A stretch of DNA of 64,000 bases, taken from NCBI GenBank assembly GCA_002269645.1, contig NIVC01000293.1:1-64000 (forward strand). Reading direction: 5' to 3'. The notes under the pieces are model-generated. The model ran no database searches. It was not told the DNA's origin and saw nothing but the letters and a program-made list of their open reading frames with translations. The position numbers and the translations under genes were made by a program. Source of the stretch: Macrostomum lignano. Its lineage: Eukaryota. Positions 42,401 through 54,180 of this stretch are shown here, one piece after another. Numbering within the stretch: position 1 is the stretch's first letter; every line of letters begins with the position of its first letter.

Positions 42401-44547
42401 TCTGCATGTACACTCTGAATCGTCTCCAGTTTTTGAGCTCAGCACTGAACAACATTCAGCAACGAATCATACTATTGAGTTTGTCTTCCCGGAAGCTGTC
42501 AATATTGTCTTTGTTATCAACCGTATTGCACTACTATCGAGCTTCGTGTTTGAGTTTAGTGTCGGTGCGTTTTCGAATTCAATTTATCTAGTACTAATAT
42601 CTAAAAAAAGCGGAATGATAAGAGTTATTGTGGGGCTTTAAGGTTGCGAGGCAAAAATTTTGTACCAATAAACCACAGGTATCATAAGTAAAATGCTGTA
42701 ATCATTTCCTAATTTTAACAGTCTATGCATGTATTGAAGCATACGATGGTTCTTTAGTATCTTGTTCAACAAGAGATATAGGAAAAATGCTTGGCTTCTA
42801 AGGCTAATCACTATACTAAGCGTAAAATTACACAAACCGTACCACCTAAATTCTGCAGGAAGAACACTATTGCCCGTTGTGCCAGTTTGGTCAGGAACTG
42901 CTTTAAGTTTATCCTCATTAAGATTGCTCGTGAGATCCGCAACAGCCGATATTCAGGTCTACTGTAAATTTCAGCCGAAGTTTTCCCAGGAAGATGTCTT
43001 CGTACAGGTATGGCAGCTCTTTTTGTTAGCAAAATTAAACGTAAAAGTCCCGCCAAAAAAGCTAAAGATTCTAGATACGACTCATACTTTCAGCTAACTC
43101 AGGTGGAACCAAACGTTGTCGAATCAGAGTTTGTTATCGGCTCCTCAGCTATTCAAAGCATCCACAATGTCTGCATCCATCGAGTGACTTGCATAGCTAC
43201 CTGGGCGGTTGGTTTGCCTAGGAAGGTTGAACAGATTGTTGCTCTACTCCCAGGTGAGAGAAAAATTAGCCAATTAGTTGCGTGATTTATTTAGTCATAA
43301 ATCCTAAAATCGAATGCGTCTCTTCAGCTGATCCAGAAAATGCAACAGTCACGTTAGTTCAACCCAAGTTGTTGTCCTTCGGCATCCTTCAGTTCCGTGT
43401 GATTTCGGAGAACTCCTGCCCAAGAGTGATACACCGGTGTGGGCTGAAAACGGCCAATGGAAGCAATATTCCCGCTATACTGATCAAAAAGGTTCGCATC
43501 CAAACAAATGACTTCACAAACAATTTCACTTCATCATTTAATCTCAATCGCACATTTCTTTTCACAGACCGTGTCAGACCCAGTTCTACCAGAGTTTCGC
43601 AGCACAGTGACGTCACAGTTCTCAGCGTTCGCTCATCAAGCAGTCATCAAAGGATCAATCATTAAGTGTCGCCTCTTTAAAGGAAACTTTTTGGAGCGTT
43701 CTGTGTCGCACCTATGTGGCGAAATTCAAACTGCTGCTTTGACACCAAAATCAGCTAAGCTTCCAGGACTCTGGAAGAGATGGGCTCTTGTAGCTTCATC
43801 CACAGTAGCAGTCATCGTCATCATTGCTTTGTCAGCTCTCTCGCTTGCGCTGCTTTTCAGGCGAAAGAAATATAGGTCTCATAGGACTGTGAACAGAAGC
43901 ACGGTTTCAGCATCGAGGTTCAGTCATTATCAAACTGGGGAATATGAAAACTCGGTATGTAATCTGCGGTTTTTCAGGATTATTTATGATATAGTGTCCA
44001 AATTGGGAGATAGACTAGCAGAGACAGAAGTTGGCGTTGGAGTGAAGCTATTTCTGCGGGTTTGATGAAGGTGTTGATACTGTCGATGTATACCGAACTG
44101 TTATAGTACCCAGCTAGCTAAGACAACGATCAGCCAGTACGGTCCCTGGAGTAGACTGAGCTTACGAGCTAAATTAGAGTCGACAGCGATACGTTCTAGC
44201 TTTGGCAGGAACCCGCAAGCTCGCCCTGAAAGATGAATTAGAGATTCCTGCCAGAGTCCTGTGTGTATGTGACATAATTCAAATCATAAGGGAGATTATG
44301 CAATGTCTGTATAGCTCTACTAATGGGAGCAAAGATAGGTTACCTTACAATCAACTGCAACTTGAAAGACTTCTTCAAGAAGAGAATGGTTTAAAAAAAC
44401 TCTTGACGGCAAGAGACTAGATACATTATGGGGCCTGTACATTACCCTGCTTATTTTAACATGATAATGACAAAATATCAATAGAATCATGCTAAAAACT
44501 GTTTAAATTTTCAGGGCATCAGTCTTACAGGTGTTTATGTCACCTGA
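39448..44547 (+). CDS. Paralog C: SP-4xCUB-W-P-TM-tail, 809 aa, apparently intact
   Basis: Predicted exons 39448-39520 (MNFQIVTKIVSVIAILFSKTVRVT), 40020-40388, 40554-40898, 41376-41783, 42223-42564, 42859-43007, 43094-43253, 43328-43491, 43568-43954 (P-b fused with TM), 44515-44547 (GISLTGVYVT*). Sum 2430 nt, open. Confidence 0.85.
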
Positions 44548-45980
44548 GATGAGAACTTCTGGGGCGATTAAACAGCAATCTATGCAGTTTTTTAGTCAGC
44601 TTGTTCAGCAGCCAGCGCATGGATTTGAAATCTATAAAAATTCTGTTGATTCCAGCGTACTATTTTGAGTGTTAAACCGAAGTAAATATTCATAAATGCT
44701 TAAATTAGCAGTTGTCATTCTTAATTTAGAAATTTCTAATCCAGAATTTTAGAACTATTATTACGCTTGTAAAGCGTGAGCCACGAGACTGTTGTCACTC
44801 ATATTTATCATTAAAATCGACTAATCTGAGCTCAATCACCAAAAATTAATTCAATTTTTAATATTCGTTTTCATTTCGCGCTAGTAAGTGTTAACAAGAA
44901 AATTGCACCCAGCAGCGAAACATAAAAAATGTTGAACATCGGATTGTAACAATAGCAACAATGTATTGTCGGAGTGTCCATTTTTTATGTTCTGTCGTCA
45001 TTGTTTTGTACAATTTTCTTTACTTGTTTATTAAATATTCTAAAATAACCATTAAATTATTTTGATGCCTAACTAGTGGTAATAGTTTTGTGTGCTTTGT
45101 GAGCGGCTATCGGTGAAGTCGTCGGCCATAGGAGGCTGGGTTGGCGGCTTAGCCTGTGTTCTGTCAGTCAGCTATGGTATCCTTGACCTGTTCAATTCGT
45201 TTTTAATTGTATTCTCGTATTTTGTGTATTCCTCGTAGCTTTTAACCACTTCATGCCAAATATATAATTTATCGTACGGTGATCCCCTGCTCGTTGCTTT
45301 ATACTTGCTGTCCTCCACATTTGCTTTGTTTCCGTTTTTATAACTTCGCCTAAGGCCAAACCTCCAATTGTTCAGAAAATAAAATTGCTCTTAACCAGTC
45401 GGATAAATGGAGCATCACTAAATTTGTCAAAATTCAAAAGCTTAAAACACGAAGGAGAGCTTTTGCACGATTTCGAAAGAAGAACTGAACATAGAAATAC
45501 CTGACAAGTATGCTCATTCACTGTCGTACTGAACGCAAAATTTCAAGATATGAAATCAGTGTCTCATTTTGCAAGAGTAGGCCTGGACCTATTAATATGT
45601 GAAATTGCTGGAATTGATTGTCCGAGACGACCGAAATCATTGTCCGAATCATCTTATTTTTATCATGCTTCAAGAAATCTATACTGAGTCTCATATCTTT
45701 TAATTTAAATTATTCTTCTACTATCGAGTCCGCATGTGTTTTGAGCCGTAGTACTAGAAGCTTTAAATATAGAAAAAATGACATGAAATTCTAACAAAAG
45801 CCGCTAAAGATGTAAGTCTGTAATTTAAAACGTCGCAAAATTTAGTCAAAAATTTAGGGAGAATAAACTGTTTTGCAATATAAAAGAATAAACAGTTCTG
45901 TAAACTATTCGAATGCATGATGCGTTCCGAGTTCTGATATTTCTTCCTCGTTTTCCTCCGACAGCACTATCTATTATTAC

Positions 45981-47940
45981 TGTTGTGTCGTGTAACTTGT
46001 CCTGTCAACTTAATGATAATATTGTTACGCTAATATATTTCTACTATAAGCATGCTGGTATTTCTAGTGTGGATAGAATACAGATCGTGAAGTTTTTCTA
46101 AGGTGACCAATATAAATAAAGCAACTGTGCGCACCTGGCCTTTACTTTGCAACTCAAGGCTCCTCAAGTCTTGGCTACACAACAACTGGCGACGAGGATT
46201 GACGAAGATGGCTCTCAATGTTAGCCCACCTGCACCATTTCTGCCAGCAAGCGGATCACCGGCGGTCTCATGGAACAGATGGCTGGACGCATTCGACTTC
46301 TATTGCCAAGAGCCCAAATCTGGACACCCCGACCGGCGGGTGAAGAAGCCCCGACAGTTAAGGCTAGGCGACTGGCGACGGTGTGCAGGAACCATCTACT
46401 GCACCTTCTCGGCTTCGAGGGGCAGCGGATCGCCCGAAATGCGATTGTCGATGGTCATACCTTCTAGCAAACTCGCGATCAGCTGGCGACGGTATTTGGC
46501 GACCGACCAAATGTGATGTTGGTGCGTCATCGATTCAGGGAGCGACAGCAGCTGCCGGGCGAAGACAGTGTCACGTTGGTCGCAGCGCTACGAGAGCTAT
46601 CAGCCACGTGTAGCGACGGAACTCTGGCAGACGAAATGATCCGCGACCAGCTTGCCCATAAGACCAGCAGCACTCGGATTCGCGAGCGTCTTCTGACGGA
46701 GGACGCCGCCAGACTGACACTAGAGCAAGTAGTTGTCATCGAGACAACGATCGAGGACGCGGCGGCAGGCAGCGAGGCAACAGGGCCCCGGCAACGCATC
46801 CGATGCGGACGGAGCCGCGAGGTCAAGGCAAAGTGTCCCACGCACGGCAAGAAATGCAACAGTTGCGGGAAATTGAACCACTTCAGTTAATGCTGCCGCA
46901 GCAAGGCAATCCAAGTCAGCGCAGACGAGACTGTCACGATCTACGCGGTCCTTGGCGGCGACGAGATCAGAGTCAAACTGCAGCTGGGCGGCTGCTCGAA
47001 GACTTTCAGCCTGATAGTCGACTGCGGCGCCAAAGTTTCTCTGTCAACGAGGCTACGGTGAAAAGTCTGAGCGACATCGATCTAAAGACATCGGCAGTGC
47101 ATCTACGAGCTTATGGCGGGAAGGAGATCGGCGTTAAGTACCGCGGCCAAGAACTGCAACACGACTTTCACGTCACTAGATCGGGCAAAAATATCGTAGG
47201 CCCGCGATTTGATGCAGAAACTAGTTATCCAAGTGCAACTCCAGCCGCACGATTGCAACATCTGGATTGGACGTCGCCAGCGAGGTCTCTTTCTCTGCAG
47301 CCAACCAAGAATTAACACGGCCGTGCCTTCGGTTTAGCAGCCGCTGCGCAGCCTGCCACTCGTCAAGCAGGAACAGGTAGGCGAGGAGCTCGACTGTCTG
47401 GAGGCAGCAGGCATCATCGAGCGGGTCAACTCGAGCTCATGGATTTCCAATCTGGTCGACGTGCGCGAACCAAATAAGTCACTGATCAGCGACCGACATT
47501 CGATGCCGCAGCTGGACGAGATCTTCGCAAAGATCAAGGCGGCCGGCAGCCGCATGTTCTCCAAGATCGACCTCAAGGCGGGCTACAAGCAGATGCAGCT
47601 ACACGAGTCATCAGGTGGCATAACGACCTTCATTACGCACCAGTGCTCATACCGTTACTGCCGCGTGCCGTTTGGTCTAGCGCCTGCTCCGGCGGCTTTC
47701 CAGAAGATGCTGGACGACCTGGTGACCCCATCTGCCCGTAGTGGAGCACATCTTGGATTCCTTCATCGTCTTCGGAGCAACTGAGACCGAACACGACTCG
47801 AGACTGCGAGCTCTTCTGAAGCGACTGGAGGACGCCGGCCTCACCGCCAGCAAGGACAAGTGCGAGCTGCGGAAGATCCAGATAGAGTTTTTCATCCCAG
47901 ACCAAGGCTTTCAACGAGCTGCGCGCACCGACGAGCAAGG
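45981..47940 (+). mobile_element. Decayed, 3'-truncated Ty3/Gypsy LTR retrotransposon
   Basis: 204-bp LTR at 45981-46184 with TGTTGTGT...ACACAACA ends. PBS TGGCGACGAGGAT at 46187-46199, complementary to the tRNA-Ser(GCU) 3' end. Gag from 46208 (PPAPFLPASGSPAVSWNRWLDAF; knuckle CPTHGKKCNSCGKLNHF), protease IVDCGA at ~47010, RT FSKIDLKAGYKQ...PFGLAPAPAAFQ. Many frameshifts; no integrase or 3' LTR. Confidence 0.93.
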
Positions 47941-48602
47941 AGCTACATTTATGCAAAATGTTAATAACTACATGCAACTTTATTGAAATGCTCTTTATGA
48001 TCTTATTTGAAAGTACTTTCCCCGCGGCACTCTTGATTTCTCTGAACTGAAAGACTAGGTAATTTTTTGGGTGGCTCTCTACTTCAATTTAAAAATATAA
48101 GCCAGAGCCGATCCTTTATATTCTGTGTGGTCCTTTTATTGCAATCTTTCACAATAATGTATACCTTATTTCTGACCGACCCTGCGGGTGGCGGTACAAT
48201 CGCAATCGCGAACTAACGTGTACTTAAGTTGAAATTCAAATCATTTTGATACATTCGTTTGTAAAGTTTCCATAAATACAATAAACAGTATCAATTAATG
48301 CTACAATTATTAGAAAAGGATATAGATTTCAGAACCAATTTTGTATTTCAGAGAGTCAGAAATAACAGGTTCACGTGTAATTTATAGTTAAGAGCTCGTA
48401 GTTTAGAAGTTAGATTTCGAACTGTTATCTAACAAAACGCTAATAAATGTTTACGGAGGATGTATATGCGATATGAATAAATAATTAAGCCACTAAATAT
48501 AAAGCCACTAATATCGCCAAACTATCTTTGCTCTACCATTCGAGATTCGATTGATTATCATCTTAAATTGAAATTGCTAATAAGAATCTAAAATCCTGAC
48601 AG

Positions 48603-51600
48603 ATGAATATCGTAGTACTAACTTTAATAATCAGATATTGGATTACAGTGGCAGGTAAGAAAGCATGAAATGCCGAATACATTGCTGTAAGTTTTGTAAT
48701 ACTTTTCCCACTAACTGTACGTCTAGAATTAGCGAATTCACTTTCGAGAAGTTTTGTTTACGTTAAAAACCGCTAAAATACGAATGTCGGCTACTTTCAC
48801 AAGCGCTTAACTTGTACTAAACTTTTGGATTGTAAAGGTTAGCGTTTGTGAAGTTTAGCGCTTGTGAAGTTTTGCGCTTGTGAAGTTTAGCGTTTGTGAA
48901 GTTTAGCGCTTGTGAAGTTTAGCGTTTGTGAAGTTTAGCGTTTGTGAAGTTTAGCGTTTGTGAAGTTTAGCGCTTGTGAAGTTTAGCGTTTGTGAAGTTT
49001 AGCGTTTGTGAAGTTTAGCGCTTGTGAAATTTAGCGCATGTGAAAGTCAATGTTGCTAGCGGTTATGAAAATTAGCGCTTGTGAAGGCGACCCAATATAT
49101 CTACGTGTACTATAGTGTATTTACATGTAGACCAATTTTCGTTTACTAACTGAAAAACGGAAATACGAGCGTAAAAACAAACCTACTGCGAACAGTAACA
49201 ATGAAATATGTTGTATCGTGAAATATGGCATCGAAGTAATTTGAGTAATACTGAAATGTGTAGCAACTATGTTGATGAACATAAAAATTATTGTGCATGC
49301 ATATTGCATACGCTCGTATTTACTCAAAATTCTATGTCCGATGTTATTTCAGATTCCTGCCCGAACGCAGACTTCTATACTTCAACAGGAGCTATTGCCT
49401 GTCTTGACAGTGCAAACTCCAGCAGTCTTTACGCGAGCAACTTGGATGTACGCTGGGTAATCCGAACCTCGGGAACTAAAGTTATTCGCTTTTCGAAACT
49501 GGATCTAGAAAAATGCTGCGACAAAATACAAATATTCGTCGGCACCGACACCAACGATACTGATTATGAAAGATTTAGACTGACTCACAGAGCCGACGTA
49601 ATGTCCGAGTTTTGGGTGACTGGAACAACTCTTATTCGATTCACAACTGACGGTTCAGTGCAAAAGAAAGGCATTCAATTTATATTTGAGTTAAAACAAC
49701 AGGTTTTACTTTCGGGTGAGTTGCTTGAATTTTTAACTAAAATCATAACACAAAATTATAACCGCTTTTCCAAATTCTACTCACCAATCAGCCGCAACAG
49801 AGATAATCAAGCATCGAAGCGGAATTCGATCAAGTCATCCAACCTTCGGAAAAACCATGTACCCAAACAATTTTAATACGGCTTGGAGCTTTTATGTTCA
49901 GCCCGGATACGTTATAAAGATAAGTTTCGTATTATTTTAAACGGAGTTAGCCCATGACTGCCTGAAAATCTATGAAGGTATGCTTCCAGACGCAGGAAGC
50001 CGCATCTTGGTGAAGTTCTCGGGTGATCGAAGTATTCAAGTGCGCCAGTTTCGTCACAGTGTCACGCTGGTATTCTCGACTAACAGCTGGATAACCAGCA
50101 TCGGATTCCACTTTAAGTTTTTCATTACTGAAGAAAGTGAGAAATAGTTTTATTTTAATTATTTATAAAAAAATTATAAATGATGGTAGATCGGTTAATA
50201 ATTATTAAAAAATGTAGAACTGCCATCTTTTTATCTATTATTCGAATGAGAAAAAAGAAAACTGTGGGTTTGAACTTGGCTTCAGTAACAAATCAATTAG
50301 TATATATTAATGAAGCAATGAAGCAATGATGTAAGAAATATTTTTTCTATGACCTCATAAGCTATGAGTTATGGCATTCGCTTTATATTTTTAGATGCCT
50401 GCTCGCAGAAAATTGATTTGATTCAAACAGAAGGCACTGTGAGCAGCGAAAGCAACACGAAGGGAGCCATCTCAATGAACTCTGACCAATGGGATCATTG
50501 CTGGGTACTAAATACCCTTCTGTCCGTGAAAATTTATTTTCAGGAGCTAAATTTTTTGTCTTCTAGTGACGCCGTTTACATTTACGGTAACACGAAAAGC
50601 AGTGCTACCCTGTCTGAGTTCTGGCTTACCGGAACAGTATTGTTGCGATTGAAAGCCAGTTCAAGAAAGTCCGGCGGGAAAACTCTAGCCTTCATGTATA
50701 GAATGTTTAATTCGACTTCAGCTGGCTTCCTCGGTGTCAACAATATTCCAGGTAATATAGTTTGTAAAATTAAATTTCCAATTAAAAATCTTTGCCGCAA
50801 TGGACCCGATGAAAAGAAGTATGTTAAGTTTAAACAGGTTTAGGTAAATTTTAACGCTTATTCTGTATCAATTTTCAGGTATTGGAACTTCGAGAGAGCT
50901 TATTAGATCCCAACAGGGGATTCGAAAAAGCCCACCCGCTTACGGCTCATTTGGATACAAAAATATGCTTCAAATATGGAAGATAGAAGCTATGAATAAC
51001 CAAGTGGTGAATTTACGGCTGAGCAAATTTTCTGAAGACTTTGATTTGTCTACCTTACTTGTAATTTCTGGTTTTACAAAACTAGTAAAACCGAATTTAC
51101 ATGAGCATGACATCGAACAAAGTCTTGGAGTACGTCGTGTTCGAAAATGTAGAGATAATGTTTTTTCTTTACCGCATCGGCATTCAATCGAGCTTTATAA
51201 TGGAGTTTAGCGTTGGTGAGTACGGCTACGTTTCATATTTTGCATAGATCCGAAGCCATTTATAACTTCTTGCAGTAGGCTTGAAAGGCTTATAAGTATT
51301 CCATATTGGTATTTTATAAAATAATAACGCGCCTAGCAAGCAAGTTTCCGACAATTCTTTAGCAAAAGTACTGAGGCAGGCCCTATTTTAATATTCTCCT
51401 TATTCACCTTTGAAAGAACTTATTTCAAATTTCCGTCTGTTATGTCTAGCTACGTATATTTTTAAATGAAGCATTTGCTTTAGTGAAATAATTTCGTTAT
51501 AGTCGGAAAAATTATTTTTGTTAAAATGATACATAAATTTTGTTTCTTCACATCCCACGTACCCCAATCTCCCTCTGCATACTATAAATAAAAAGCGATT

Positions 51601-53587
51601 TTAGACGCGGAGTTTTGCCCGCCGTTTCCCGTTTCTTTAATTCGGTTTAAGAAAGCAAAGCGTTCTGACTTGGGGGTGGGGGGTTCACAAACTCGAAATT
51701 TCACAACGTCGAAAGCACCTTCTTTCACAAGGTCGAAATTTCATAACCGAAGTTTCATGTTATGAAACTTCGACCTTATGAAATCTCTTGCTAGAGTTTT
51801 CGATGTGAAATTTCAACCTTGTGAAGTTTCGACCTTGTGAAATAATTTAATTTTCGACGTTAGGAAATTTTGACCTTGTTGAAGCAGCGCCCTCTGACTT
51901 GGTACTCTGGGAAGCTGAATTGACACAAGAAGGAAAGAGAGAGAAACCGTAAGAGGACAGAAAGCTTTCGGCCAGTCGGGCAACTCCATCCCAGGATAGC
52001 CTAATTCAGGACTCGAAAAAACGAGAGTAGGAATTTAGAAAGCTAAAAAATTTAGATTACGAGCTAGTGTTTGCCGCTTGACACTGCTACCACGAATACT
52101 TCATTGTGCAAGGAGTCTTAACTGGTAGTAAAATCTGGATCGAATAGCTAGAAGTAGGGCCTACAAAAACTTGGTGGCAGCGTTAGGATATAGTGTATAA
52201 ACAAATTAGCCTTAGAACACTTGGTGGGATTTACAAACGTAGAGGAAAAGCCCTCGTACAGTACATACTAAGCAATCCAAATTTGAATGGCTACTCAGAT
52301 TCGTTTCCGGTCTTCATTTTATTTCAGGTCGCAATGTGAAGCCGCTCATTGACACCTGGTCAGGTTCAACCGAAAGTCTTAGCTCTCTCAGAGTACTCGT
52401 TCATTCATCCACTGCAGATGCTCAGACCAGCTGCACAATATTTTCTATGTGCTCAGAGCAACCTGTTACTTTTAAAGTAATATTTAACATATTTGTTGTG
52501 TTAATTTTATATTGTTTGCGGATGTGCTTTGCTTATTACATGTGCCGATGTTGTGTCATATTTATGCCTTGCAGCTAAGGACTATGTACCAAAACGTAGT
52601 CGAATCTGAATTTATAATCGACTCTTCAGCAATTCAATCCATTGGAAATTTCTGCATTCGCAGAATCTCTTGCACTGTCACATGGGCCATTGGACTCCCA
52701 CGAAAGGTCGAGCAGGAGACAGTATTACCATCACGTGAGAGAAAGTTTTTAATCTCATATAATCTGATCTTAAAAATGAATTAATCTTAGATGTGTTTTA
52801 TTCCAGCCAACCCAGAGAATGTGAAACTCGAATTAGTTCAACCTAGACTGCTGTCATTTGGAATAATTCAATTTCGTGCCGTGTCCGAGAACTCCTGCCC
52901 TAGTGTAACACATCGATGTGAGCTGAGGACGTCTAATGGTACCATTATTCCCGCAATGCTAATAAAAAAGGTTGGCATTCTTTTTTGAATAAAACTGTTG
53001 ATATAATTACCAGTTTAGACGTCATTTTTTAAAGTTATATTATATAGGAAATAACGAACACAGTTGCTCCTCGGTGTATTGGAACGGTAACGTCTCTGTT
53101 GTCCGTGTTTATTAAACCATCAATTATCTCAGTGTCAGCTATTAGCTGTCGTTTGTTAAACGAAAGCCTCTCCGAAAGTTTTATCCTGAAATCGTACCAT
53201 GGTGAGTGCAAAGTGCATATCACTAAAAGCATTAAATTGCACTTCACTGTCTGATCAGACTCGATAAACATCAATTTACAGAAGCAGAGCGGAAGAAAAT
53301 TTTGGAGAGGCCCAAGGTATTATTTACAAAAATAGTTGGTGTCCTCGTCATCATTATAATCGCTTTGCTGATTTCGATCACCGCGCTATGCTGCAGACGA
53401 CGCAGAAATACTCCAGCTCAAACTGCGATGAGACAACCGGCTTCAAAATTCAGGTTTAGTCGCTACGTTACCGAGGATTACGAAAACTCAGTAAGTTAAA
53501 AAACTAAATGACAGATTTAAAATACGGCCTACCTAGGGCACATCTGCCTTACAGGATTCCCACGTTGCCAGCGTGTACGTCACCTAA
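48603..53587 (+). pseudogene. Paralog D: SP-4xCUB-W-P-TM-tail, disrupted
   Basis: Predicted exons 48603-48654 (MNIVVLTLIIRYWITVA), 49353-49715, 49792-50136, 50395-50751, 50879-51215, 52328-52476, 52575-52734, 52807-52970, 53048-53201, 53282-53490, 53555-53587 (DSHVASVYVT*). In-frame TAA at 49938-49940 in CUB2; the CUB4 exon is 337 nt with a frameshift near 51090. Confidence 0.87.
48789..49093. repeat. MITE-like element with an internal ~19-bp tandem (TTTAGCGxTTGTGAAG)
   Basis: About 12 units; imperfect terminal inverted repeat TTCACAAGCGCT / AGCGCTTGTGAA; lies in intron 1 of D. Confidence 0.7.
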
Positions 53588-54109
53588 ATCAGCTACCATC
53601 GACGAGCTACCAGTCATTTTCAGGATACAGGGCCCGTTCTATAAAGCCATCGTAAGATAAAATCATTCTTAGCTCCTGTCACGATGTTGGCGTAGCGGCT
53701 AACTATGGCTATGACCCTTAAAAGGGCCGTTTTGACGAGAGTTGTAGTGAGTCGTAGTCCCAAAATAAGTTGAAGTCAACTCTTGTAAAGCGGATTTTGT
53801 AGCGGAGCACTTGGCGATGAAGGCAGGAACTGCCGTAGTTGGTTTTATTGGTAGTATCAATATTAGGCTTGGTTATTACTGTCAATACACAAACTATAGC
53901 TTTCTGGGCACTGGCGGCTGCAACAATGGTTTTTTTGAAGATAAATTGGATATGAAGTCAAGTGACAGACGAATGATGCAATGGCGACGTAACGTGATGA
54001 GCAATGGCAATGAGCACAGTGGAGGCGGTGAGTAGCAGTGGCGAGTTTGTCGTCAGCCGTGGCGTGAGATAAGGAGGCTCGAGGCAGCCAGACAGAGAGA
54101 AGGAAAACA

Positions 54110-54180
54110 AGGCTAGACAAGGCTGGACAAGACGAGACAAGACGAGACAAGACGAGACAAGACGAGACAAGACGAGAGAA
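54110..54180. repeat. Short (GACAAGACGA)n tandem within a GC-richer, unassigned repeat-like stretch (~53960-54300)
   Basis: Five to six 10-bp units. Confidence 0.8.
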
